Source: a virus (taxonomy: Duplodnaviria > Caudoviricetes). Taken from it: DNA of 31,075 nucleotides. Below are positions 9,582 to 17,347 of this stretch, piece after piece. Numbering within the stretch: the stretch's first letter is position 1; each line of letters begins with the position of its first letter. A program made the translations under genes and the position numbers. The notes below the pieces were generated by a model. The model saw only the letters and a list, made by a program, of their open reading frames with translations, was not told the origin of the DNA and searched no databases. The DNA is taken from positions 1-31,075 of the IMG/VR virus record IMGVR_UViG_3300042564_000331. One strand, written 5' to 3'.

Positions 9582-9987
9582 CTGGGTACAGGACATTAAT
9601 GATATGCATGCTAAGTTTGGTGTGCATAAGTGGGTTGGTCAAAAGGTTGCTGCAGGTGACGTCGAGTCTCTTCGCACATTCCTTAAGTTTCGTATCGACT
9701 TTTTGAAAGAAGAACTCACTGAGACCGAGAAAGCATTCGAGACGAATGACGCAGAAGAGATCGTCGATGGTTTGATCGACCTATGTGTGGTTGCCATTGG
9801 TACACTCGATGCGTTTGGTATCGATGCCCATAAAGCTTGGGATGCTGTTCATGCTGCGAACATGTCGAAAGAACCTGGCGTGAAGCCCTCTCGCCCGAAC
9901 CCTCTTGGTCTTCCAGACTTGATCAAACCAGAAGGATGGACTGCACCTTCTCATGAAGGTAACCATTCTATTCTCGGCACGCTCTAA
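9571..9987 (+). CDS. MazG-like / all-alpha NTP pyrophosphohydrolase
   Basis: LKEELTE...EEIVDGLIDL (ExxE...ExxD) and AWDAVHAANMSK...KPEGW motifs. Confidence 0.8.
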   Translation: MSTNWVQDINDMHAKFGVHKWVGQKVAAGDVESLRTFLKFRIDFLKEELTETEKAFETNDAEEIVDGLIDLCVVAIGTLDAFGIDAHKAWDAVHAANMSKEPGVKPSRPNPLGLPDLIKPEGWTAPSHEGNHSILGTL

Positions 9988-10025
9988 AAAAGTGTAGAAA
10001 AAGTGAAAAAAGTGCACTCAGCCAG

Positions 10026-10054
10026 TTGACATTGGCTGAGTGTTTTATTATATC
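10026..10054 (+). promoter_or_regulatory. Early promoter with -35 inside an inverted repeat
   Basis: TTGACA(10026)-N17-TATATC; flanked by CACTCAGCCA/TGGCTGAGTG; three AAAAAGTG tracts upstream. Confidence 0.7.
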
Positions 10055-10089
10055 TAACTAGTAAGGCAAAACAAAGCAAGGTAGAGAAA

Positions 10090-10452
10090 ATGACCAAGTT
10101 TGCAAAATTCGATCGTAAGAACCTCACTGCCCTCCGCGCTGAAATGAGCGCCCTCTTGAGCAAGTACGGTGTTGATTCGAATATCGATTTTGAAGTCGGC
10201 AATATGAAGTTCAGCGAAAACGAAGTTGAGATCAAAGTCAAAGCAAAAGTTGTCGGTGCAAAGACTCTCACGAATGTGATCCTTGAGTCTCGTGCTGCTG
10301 CTCTCGGGTTGAAGATCAAAAACAAATTTGGTGATGAGCTTGTAGACTACAACACTCGTGCCCATAAGATGCCCTTCGTGTATATCAATGCTGCTGACGG
10401 TAAGCGTTACAAGTGCGACGAGCGTGTGGCAAAAATGCGCTTCGCAGCTTAA
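10090..10452 (+). CDS. Hypothetical early protein
   Basis: 120 aa ORF with high-expression codon bias, AAGG RBS and its own promoter. Confidence 0.75.
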   Translation: MTKFAKFDRKNLTALRAEMSALLSKYGVDSNIDFEVGNMKFSENEVEIKVKAKVVGAKTLTNVILESRAAALGLKIKNKFGDELVDYNTRAHKMPFVYINAADGKRYKCDERVAKMRFAA

Positions 10453-10459
10453 TTTGTGA

Positions 10460-10497
10460 AAAGAGGGGTTGACATTCTTCCCCTCTTTGTTTATACC
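10460..10497 (+). promoter_or_regulatory. Overlapping terminator-like hairpin and early promoter
   Basis: AAAGAGGGG-[TTGACA TTCTT]-CCCCTCTTT then GTTT; TTGACA(10469)-N17-TATACC. Confidence 0.6.
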
Positions 10498-10526
10498 TAT
10501 CTGGTAACCAACAGAAAGAGAACACT

Positions 10527-10775
10527 ATGTCTACGTTTGACCTCGATATCCTTCGTAACCTCGAAAAGCTTTCGCTTAATGAGGCTAAAACAATTTCACT
10601 CGATATCATCAAAACCAGTAAGACAAAGTTAGTAGTCATGAATAGGTTGATTCGAGATCTTACCGCAGCTCCTACTGCTAAGGAAGTTTCTCGCATCATG
10701 TGGCAGACTTATATGTCTGGGACTGGCTTTGGCACACTTAACTCTTCTTGGAAGAAGCATTATAACGGAATTTAA
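10527..10775 (+). CDS. Hypothetical protein
   Basis: 82 aa ORF downstream of promoter, co-directional. Confidence 0.7.
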   Translation: MSTFDLDILRNLEKLSLNEAKTISLDIIKTSKTKLVVMNRLIRDLTAAPTAKEVSRIMWQTYMSGTGFGTLNSSWKKHYNGI

Positions 10776-10790
10776 TAACAGGACTTCGTA

Positions 10791-11228
10791 ATGAAAGATG
10801 TAAAGCGATCAGCAGGTGAAATCGGAGAAGGTATCGTTTTTGAGTTCTTCAAAGACGCTAAGCGTACACATAATTGGTACGATGATAAGAAAGATGGCAC
10901 TATCAATGGGATGACGTATGAAGTTAAGACTATGCGTCTTAACCATGTGTCTCAGTCATTTTGGATTGATACTAAGCAATGGCCAAAGTGTGATGGCGTT
11001 GATCTACTCTTCTTTGTTAGAGTTCCTGAGAAGGAAGAAGATGGTATCACGTTGTACCTTAGCATCAATCATAAGAACAAGAAGTCTATGGCTTATCCGA
11101 GCGATGGGCGTGTTTGTCGCAAGTATCCATTGACAGAATGCATTCCATTGTGTATAATTAAAGATAACCGTGTTCAAGAATTACTTGAGCATTCGAAAGC
11201 ACTTTCCAAACATAAGAGGTTTGTATGA
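10791..11228 (+). CDS. Putative PD-(D/E)XK-fold nuclease-like protein
   Basis: G--GE helix, then D (KDGTING) and YEVKT, matching the E...D...E-x-K pattern. Confidence 0.5.
   Translation: MKDVKRSAGEIGEGIVFEFFKDAKRTHNWYDDKKDGTINGMTYEVKTMRLNHVSQSFWIDTKQWPKCDGVDLLFFVRVPEKEEDGITLYLSINHKNKKSMAYPSDGRVCRKYPLTECIPLCIIKDNRVQELLEHSKALSKHKRFV
11130..11158 (+). promoter_or_regulatory. Consensus sigma70 promoter inside CDS, upstream of the kinase-gp42 operon
   Basis: TTGACA(11130)-N17-TATAAT(11153), perfect consensus. Confidence 0.75.
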
Positions 11229-11788
11229 TTCTTATCATCGAAGGCATGGATCGTTGTGGTAAATCGACACTCGTCGAACAGCTGCGTAAACGGTATTTTC
11301 TCAATAACACTCGAGTTCTCGTCCATCACTCGTCGTCTCCGCCAAAGGTGGTTAATCCAAATGAGTGGGAAGTGCATCACTACAAGTCACTACTTGATGC
11401 GAGCTACATGCTGAACTATGCTCATGATTTTGACGTAATCTATGATCGCTTCCACCTCGGTGCTATTGTCTATGGCAAGAAGTATCGCAACGCAGATCCA
11501 GAAGACATCTATGCAATCGAAAACATGTACATCCATCCTAATGATGAGATTGCTCTCGTTCTTCTGACTGATCATACCTCTGCGATCCTTGAACGTGACG
11601 ACGATGACTCACTCGAATCGTCTGCTGAAGAGTTTGATGAAACCCGCGTAGCCTTTGAGCAAGCGTTTGCTAGGTCGATTATTCCAAACAAACTTCACAT
11701 CAATATTAGTGAGAATGGTGGCTTCATCAATACATATGATGCTGTTACTCAATTTCTTAACGGAGTCCGCAATGCAGAGAGTCAGTGA
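11225..11788 (+). CDS. Thymidylate-kinase-like dNMP kinase
   Basis: IIEGMDRCGKST P-loop and DRF motif; overlaps gp42. Confidence 0.85.
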   Translation: MILIIEGMDRCGKSTLVEQLRKRYFLNNTRVLVHHSSSPPKVVNPNEWEVHHYKSLLDASYMLNYAHDFDVIYDRFHLGAIVYGKKYRNADPEDIYAIENMYIHPNDEIALVLLTDHTSAILERDDDDSLESSAEEFDETRVAFEQAFARSIIPNKLHINISENGGFINTYDAVTQFLNGVRNAESQ

Positions 11789-12440
11789 TATCAGAGCTAA
11801 GCTCATTCAAAAATACAAAGACCAAGACTTTGTTGTTGATAAAACTGGTGTGAAGACGATCGAGGTGATCGGTGAGTCCTTCATTGCCGATGAAGACTGG
11901 ATCATTCGTAAACCGAATTACGAGTACATCGAGCGTGAGCTCGAGTGGTATAAGTCTCAGTCACTCTATGTTAAAGATATCCCAGGCGAGACTCCTGCTA
12001 TCTGGAATCAAGTTGCTTCCAAAGGTGGCCGCATCAACTCAAACTACGGATACCTCATTTGGTCGAATGAAAACTTCACCCAATACGAAAATGTTCGTAT
12101 TGAACTGATGAAGAACCCGAATAGTCGTCGTGCGGTTATGATCTATAATCGTCCTTCTATGCATCGTGATTATTGTGATGATGGTATGTCAGACTTCGTC
12201 TGCACATATGCAAACACTTTCATGATTCGTGATGGTAAACTCATCAGTCACTATCTAATGCGCTCGAATGACGCAGTGTTTGGTTATGACAACGACATTC
12301 ATTGGGCTATGCATGTTCAAGATATGCTTGCTCGTGATCTTGGTGTTGAATGTGGTGATATCATTTGGACTGCTACTAACCTTCATGTGTATGAACGTCA
12401 CTTTAAGTTTATCGAGGAGTTGATGAATGAACAGCCCTAA
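11772..12440 (+). CDS. gp42: dCMP hydroxymethylase (thymidylate synthase fold)
   Basis: Close to T4 gp42: DFVVDKTGVKTIE, RELEWYKS-SL-VKDIPGETP, INSNYG, DGMSDF-CT, MRSND-VFG--ND (Asp at the dCMP-specificity position), LHVY; start reassigned to ATG 11772 (GGAG RBS). Confidence 0.93.
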   Translation: MQRVSDIRAKLIQKYKDQDFVVDKTGVKTIEVIGESFIADEDWIIRKPNYEYIERELEWYKSQSLYVKDIPGETPAIWNQVASKGGRINSNYGYLIWSNENFTQYENVRIELMKNPNSRRAVMIYNRPSMHRDYCDDGMSDFVCTYANTFMIRDGKLISHYLMRSNDAVFGYDNDIHWAMHVQDMLARDLGVECGDIIWTATNLHVYERHFKFIEELMNEQP

Positions 12441-12876
12441 ATGGGATCACCGTTATCTTAAACTCGCTTATCAGATTGCTCAGTGGTCGAAAGATCCATC
12501 GAGTAAGATTGGCGCAGTCGCGGTTGGATCTAAAGGGCAAGTTTTGTCCCAAGGCTTCAATGGCTTTCCTCGCGGCTTGAAAGATGACTTCACTCGTTTG
12601 AACGATCGTGAACTGAAGTACAAATATGTTGTTCATGCTGAGATGAATACTATTTACAACGCCACGTATAATGGTGTATCATTAGATGGAGCAACTCTGT
12701 ATGTCTATGGCCTTCCGATCTGCTCTGAATGTGCTAAAGGTGTTATCCAAGTTGGAATCAAACGCGTTGTAATGCCAAAGCAGGAAATGCCAGAAAAGTG
12801 GCGTGATTCTTGGCTGACGAGCATGAACTTCTTTGATGAAGCTGGAGTTGACTTTGACTTCATTGAGTTTGCATAA
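12427..12876 (+). CDS. dCMP deaminase
   Basis: WSKDPS, GFNGFPRG, HAE and PIC-EC zinc motifs. Confidence 0.92.
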   Translation: MNSPKWDHRYLKLAYQIAQWSKDPSSKIGAVAVGSKGQVLSQGFNGFPRGLKDDFTRLNDRELKYKYVVHAEMNTIYNATYNGVSLDGATLYVYGLPICSECAKGVIQVGIKRVVMPKQEMPEKWRDSWLTSMNFFDEAGVDFDFIEFA

Positions 12877-12921
12877 ATATAGCACGCATTGAGTTTGCAT
12901 TATATTATGAAAGGTATATCC

Positions 12922-14166
12922 ATGAATAAAGTAGCCATCATCATGGCACGTGGTATCGAAGGTTGTGGTGTCACGAAGTATACTGTAGAACAGGTCAAGT
13001 GGCTTAAAGCTAATGGCTATCAGACTAAAGTGTATGCAGCAAAAGATAAGACGTTTTCCCGTAAGAACGCTCACGACCTAGGCGAAGTAGATCTATTCAA
13101 GTTTGCTGACAACGAACACATCAACCGCTTCATCGATGAGTGCAATCAGTCCGACTATATCTTTATTAACTCACTTCCAGCTCTTGGAAATCTTCGTGGT
13201 AAAGGTGCTGGCGACGAAGCAATCGACAACTGGATTAAAGCTCTTAAATCGTTTAAGAAGCCAGTGATTCTGATTCAGCACGATCATACCATCTATTCTA
13301 TCAAGCGTAACGCAGCACTTGACGAGGCGATTGATGCGGCCACATTGATCTTCGCCCACGCCCGCACGAATGACTTCTCCGACTACGTTAAGGAGAGAAA
13401 TGCTGGTGCATCGCTGATGTCTTTCTTTGGTGATGAAGAAGAGTCATCGAAAAAGATCTTGAACTTCCAGCCAGGACTTGACTTTGAGTTAAACCGTAAA
13501 CTGTACTGGAAAGATATTGCAGAGCAAGACGAGAAGCATCACAAGTGGATAGGTCGTTGTACCTCTTGGAAAGGTTTCGACCTCATGTTCCAGTGGCACA
13601 ATGGTTACCTTATGCCAAACGGACATCTTACTACATTCGAAGGTATCGAGAAATCGCCCGCGTTCATAGCCTTTAAAGAGTTGAGTGACTTCCATAATGA
13701 GATTAAATCTGACGCGGAAGGATTCAACCTAAGCAATCGCTATGGTGATAAGGCTTCTGTCTTTGGTCCATATGTTAACAACAAGTTACTTCACCGCATG
13801 TCACGCTCTGGTTTTGGTTATCAACTGTCTATTCTGAAACCAAAGTTCATTGAGAAGTCGATTGAGTATACTCATTGTGAAGTCGCTTCTGTTGGTACAG
13901 TCCCTGTGTTCCGTAAAGAGTATGGTGACGTCTGTGTTCATAGAGTCACAGGTGATCCTCTATCTAAATCAAAAGATAATTTTACTATTTGGCTTTCAAA
14001 AGAGAAGTCAGACATGGAAAATGCAATAAATACAGTCAAGAGACTCGCTACCGATCCAGTCCTACGTGATGAGTGGCGCGAAGGTGCATATGCTTTCTAC
14101 AAAGCTCACCAAAACTCTGAGCATGTATTTGAAGATCTTATGGAAAAAGTGAAGGATAACCTATGA
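12922..14166 (+). CDS. agt: DNA alpha-glucosyltransferase homolog (GT-B)
   Basis: Matches T4 Agt: MARG-EGCGVTK, AKDK-F-R, QHDH, NFQP, WIGR-T-WKGF, EG-E-SPAFIA, RMS-SGFGYQLS-L, EYTH-E, GT-PVF. Confidence 0.92.
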   Translation: MNKVAIIMARGIEGCGVTKYTVEQVKWLKANGYQTKVYAAKDKTFSRKNAHDLGEVDLFKFADNEHINRFIDECNQSDYIFINSLPALGNLRGKGAGDEAIDNWIKALKSFKKPVILIQHDHTIYSIKRNAALDEAIDAATLIFAHARTNDFSDYVKERNAGASLMSFFGDEEESSKKILNFQPGLDFELNRKLYWKDIAEQDEKHHKWIGRCTSWKGFDLMFQWHNGYLMPNGHLTTFEGIEKSPAFIAFKELSDFHNEIKSDAEGFNLSNRYGDKASVFGPYVNNKLLHRMSRSGFGYQLSILKPKFIEKSIEYTHCEVASVGTVPVFRKEYGDVCVHRVTGDPLSKSKDNFTIWLSKEKSDMENAINTVKRLATDPVLRDEWREGAYAFYKAHQNSEHVFEDLMEKVKDNL

Positions 14167-15362
14167 CATTTACGCATGCATCAATCGTTCCTCTCATCGG
14201 TGGTGAAACTATAGGTGCTGAGCGGGCATTTGGTCGCCGCCCAGAGTACATGATGTCGTATAAAGCTTTCGCTGCAAACGACGCTCACATCGTCAACCAT
14301 TATGGAAAAGACGTTCCTTACTACGTACTCGATGATGGTGGTAAACCTCATATGAACGTAGATGTAGTATCGTCTGTGTGCCCCTGCGCGGGCTTGAGTC
14401 AATTGTCCCATGGCTTTGGCGATCACAATGAGAACAACAAGTGGATGCGTATCACTACTGAGTATGTCCTTGGTGATCTGAAACCTCAAGTCTTGTGGGG
14501 TGAAAACGCTCCGGGCTTTGCTGGTAAGATTGGCGAGAATGTTCGTAATGAGTTGAAGGCAATTGGTAAGAAGAACGGCTACACCATGTCGGTCTATCGC
14601 ACTAAGACCCTTCTACATGGTGGTCCTCAGATTCGTGAACGTTCTTTCTACTTCTTCTGGAAAGGCGATAAGACCCCGCTTCTTCATTACTATAAACGGC
14701 CATACACCAAGATTGACGACGTTCTGCTTGGTATTAAATCAAACTATCAGATGGATGTGATCAACAAGAAGACTCCGTCGAAGGACGACCTCTATTACAA
14801 GTTCATCCTTGAAGAGATTCATGGTGGTATCACGCACCGTCAGTTCTCTGATATCGTTGAGCCGCAAAAGGTTCGCAATAGTGATGTCTTCTCGTATATC
14901 GAACGTATGGGCTACAACTATATGCAAGTCGCCGAGTGGATGGCTAAGAATGGTTATGAAAAAGAAGTTGAGAAGTGTAAGTATCGTCATGAGAAGCTTG
15001 GCCGCGGCGAAAATATCATGCGGCGGGGCACGATTATTCCAAAGGACTACATCGGCGCGTTTGTCGGTCACTATCCTACGATGTTGACTCATCCTCACGA
15101 AGATCGTTATATCACTTATCGTGAAGCTATGACAATCATGGGCTTACCTGAGAACTTTGAATTAGTCAATGCTTCTTCTAAAAATGCAAATCACATTTGT
15201 CAGAACGTTCCAGTACAAACCGCGACTGATATGGCAACTGAAGTTGTAGAATACCTTAAGGGTAATCGTTCTTTGGTTGACACAGATTACATTTTGCAGT
15301 ATAATCATACTCAGAAAGCAGAGTACTCTGCTAAAGAACAAACCTTGGAGAACTTCTTTTGA
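14163..15362 (+). CDS. C5-cytosine DNA methyltransferase-fold protein with atypical SAM motif
   Basis: Motif IV CPCAGLS, VI GENAP, VIII PQIRER, IX RYITYREA--IMGLP, X QNVPV; motif I reads VPLIGG rather than FxGxGG. Confidence 0.8.
   Translation: MTFTHASIVPLIGGETIGAERAFGRRPEYMMSYKAFAANDAHIVNHYGKDVPYYVLDDGGKPHMNVDVVSSVCPCAGLSQLSHGFGDHNENNKWMRITTEYVLGDLKPQVLWGENAPGFAGKIGENVRNELKAIGKKNGYTMSVYRTKTLLHGGPQIRERSFYFFWKGDKTPLLHYYKRPYTKIDDVLLGIKSNYQMDVINKKTPSKDDLYYKFILEEIHGGITHRQFSDIVEPQKVRNSDVFSYIERMGYNYMQVAEWMAKNGYEKEVEKCKYRHEKLGRGENIMRRGTIIPKDYIGAFVGHYPTMLTHPHEDRYITYREAMTIMGLPENFELVNASSKNANHICQNVPVQTATDMATEVVEYLKGNRSLVDTDYILQYNHTQKAEYSAKEQTLENFF
15277..15305 (+). promoter_or_regulatory. Consensus sigma70 promoter inside the MTase 3' end, upstream of dexA
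   Basis: TTGACA(15277)-N17-TATAAT(15300). Confidence 0.75.
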
Positions 15363-15997
15363 ACCAACACTTTATTATGGACTTTGAGACTCTTGGTCAA
15401 GATGTATTTGAAATCCCTATGCTTGATTGCGCTTATGTAGCATTTGACTGGGATCGTTTTACATCTGATAACCCCTACAGTCTTGAAGAAATCGTGGGTC
15501 TTGCTCGTAAAGACAAACTCGAGATGACGCATCAAGTTCGCGAACATGGTGCTAAATATGTTCAACGTGATCTTGATTGGTGGTTATCACAATCCGAAGA
15601 AGCAAAAAAGACTCTTAAGCCAAGTAAGTCTGACGTTCGTGTTGAAGTCTTTATCGATAATATCATTAATTACATGAGTGGTGTCGGTAAGATCAACTAT
15701 TGGTGGTCTCGTGCAAACACCTTCGATCCTATCATTCTTCAGCGTTGGGCTAAAATCGTCGGACGAAAAGATGAGATCGAAGAACTCTTGAAGTTCTGGA
15801 CAGTACGTGACACCCGTACATGGATCGACGCCAAGCTTAATTTCCCTAAGAAGAATGGTTTTATTCCTCTCGCCGATGAAGAGTATTGGAACAAAACCTT
15901 TGTACACCATGATAGCCGATTCGATATCGCTGCAGACATCCTTCGTTTACAGACCATCGCTCGGCTCGAAAACGATATGGAGCAACCTGCACGATGA
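15359..15997 (+). CDS. dexA: DexA-like 3'-5' exonuclease (DEDD)
   Basis: FIMDFETLG, WWLSQS-EA, WSR--FD-IL, KFW--RD-RT and HDS-FD-A-D motifs as in T4 DexA; TTG start. Confidence 0.85.
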   Translation: MNQHFIMDFETLGQDVFEIPMLDCAYVAFDWDRFTSDNPYSLEEIVGLARKDKLEMTHQVREHGAKYVQRDLDWWLSQSEEAKKTLKPSKSDVRVEVFIDNIINYMSGVGKINYWWSRANTFDPIILQRWAKIVGRKDEIEELLKFWTVRDTRTWIDAKLNFPKKNGFIPLADEEYWNKTFVHHDSRFDIAADILRLQTIARLENDMEQPAR

Positions 15998-16413
15998 GTA
16001 CGAACGATCCAAAGGTTGGAGGAATGCGAGAAGCACTTGGTATGCCATACGCCCGCCATATTCCGCTTGAAGCAATTGCTGCAGCTGCTGCTTCTCTTGA
16101 GTATGGCGCTAAGAAGTATGCTGACCGCAATTGGGAAAAGGGTCTTCCGTGGCAGCAGATGATCGATAGCCTGAAACGTCATGTTGAAGACTTTGAACGT
16201 GGTCGTGATTATGATGATGGCCCAGATGGATCTGACCTTCATCAAGTCTGCATGATCATGGCTTCCGCTATGATGTTGTCTGCTTCAGTTATTCGTGAAA
16301 TCGGTGTAGATGATAGACTTCCTCCTGTAGATGAAAAAGCTTTATCTGCTAAAGAATGCGCAAAGTTTATCAAAGGCCAACTTGAAAATTCTAGACCAGT
16401 GAAAGGTAAATAA
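15994..16413 (+). CDS. DUF5664-like dNTP diphosphohydrolase domain protein
   Basis: YGAKKY--RNWEKG, SL-RH and D--S-L-H motifs of the DUF5664 (dATP/dGTP diphosphohydrolase) family. Confidence 0.75.
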   Translation: MSTNDPKVGGMREALGMPYARHIPLEAIAAAAASLEYGAKKYADRNWEKGLPWQQMIDSLKRHVEDFERGRDYDDGPDGSDLHQVCMIMASAMMLSASVIREIGVDDRLPPVDEKALSAKECAKFIKGQLENSRPVKGK

Positions 16414-17345
16414 TGGAAATCAAAATAGAAATCGAAAAGCTGAGAAAGAAAAAGCTCTTTATTGCCACGCCTATGTATGGTGGACAATGCGCTGGATTGT
16501 ATACTAAATCGACCAATGACCTAGCTATGAGCTGTGCTAAGTACGACATCGATGTAAAATTCTACTACTTGTTCAACGAGTCGCTTATCACTCGTGCCCG
16601 TAATTATTGTGTAGATGAGTTTCTTCGTTCCGACTATACTCATCTTATGTTTATTGACTCCGATATTGGATTCCATTATAAGGATGTATATACTCTTATG
16701 CATCTTTGTGAGTCTACCGATGAATACGGCGTGATCACTGGTGCTTACCCAAAGAAGACTATTGCTTGGGAAAAGATTCGTACTGCGGTTGAAATGGGAT
16801 TTGCCGATCCAAATCCATTCCAACTGGAAAACTTTGTAGGCGATTACGTCTTTAATCCAGATGAAAACACTACGTCTTTTAGAATTGATGAACCAGTGAA
16901 GATCCGTGAAGGCGGTACTGGTTTTATGATGATTCATCGCAGTGTGTTTGAGAAATACAGTAAAGCTTATCCTGAGCTAAGCTATATTCCTGATCATGTT
17001 CGCACTGAGCATTTTGATGGTAGCCGCGAAATCACTGCTTTCTTTGACTGTGTTATTGATCCTAAGAGTAAACGGTATCTTTCTGAAGACTACATGTTTA
17101 GCCAATACGCTCGAGCAATTGGTATTAACGTATGGCTCTGCCCATGGATCCAGTTGAAGCATGTTGGATCTTATACGTTTGGTGGTTCACTCTCTGCAAT
17201 GGCTGCGATTCAATCGTCTCCTACTGCTAGTGCAGCATCAAATCAGAAAAATTATTTGACAGATTCACCAAAAGGTGATATACTGGACTCCGTACAACAA
17301 CCAAACCGCCAACAGCGGCGTGCTGCAATGAAAAAAGGTAAATGA
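16413..17345 (+). CDS. GT-A fold glycosyltransferase-like protein
   Basis: IATPMYGG, ESLITRARN, THLMFIDSDI (DxD), GTGFM-I-R and YLSEDY-F motifs. Confidence 0.8.
   Translation: MEIKIEIEKLRKKKLFIATPMYGGQCAGLYTKSTNDLAMSCAKYDIDVKFYYLFNESLITRARNYCVDEFLRSDYTHLMFIDSDIGFHYKDVYTLMHLCESTDEYGVITGAYPKKTIAWEKIRTAVEMGFADPNPFQLENFVGDYVFNPDENTTSFRIDEPVKIREGGTGFMMIHRSVFEKYSKAYPELSYIPDHVRTEHFDGSREITAFFDCVIDPKSKRYLSEDYMFSQYARAIGINVWLCPWIQLKHVGSYTFGGSLSAMAAIQSSPTASAASNQKNYLTDSPKGDILDSVQQPNRQQRRAAMKKGK
17256..17284 (+). promoter_or_regulatory. Sigma70 promoter inside the GT 3' end, upstream of gp45
   Basis: TTGACA(17256)-N17-TATACT(17279) with extended -10 TG. Confidence 0.75.
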
Positions 17346-17347
17346 TT

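Noticed and set aside
11655-11771. Longer start for gp42
   Set aside because: Overlaps the kinase; T4 gp42 similarity and the GGAG RBS support ATG 11772
11772-12440. Canonical thymidylate synthase or dUMP hydroxymethylase call
   Set aside because: The sequence follows T4 gp42 closely and has Asp, not Asn, at the pyrimidine-specificity position
15994-16413. Z-base (2-aminoadenine) genome system
   Set aside because: No purZ or datZ in the window, and the surrounding genes point to cytosine modification
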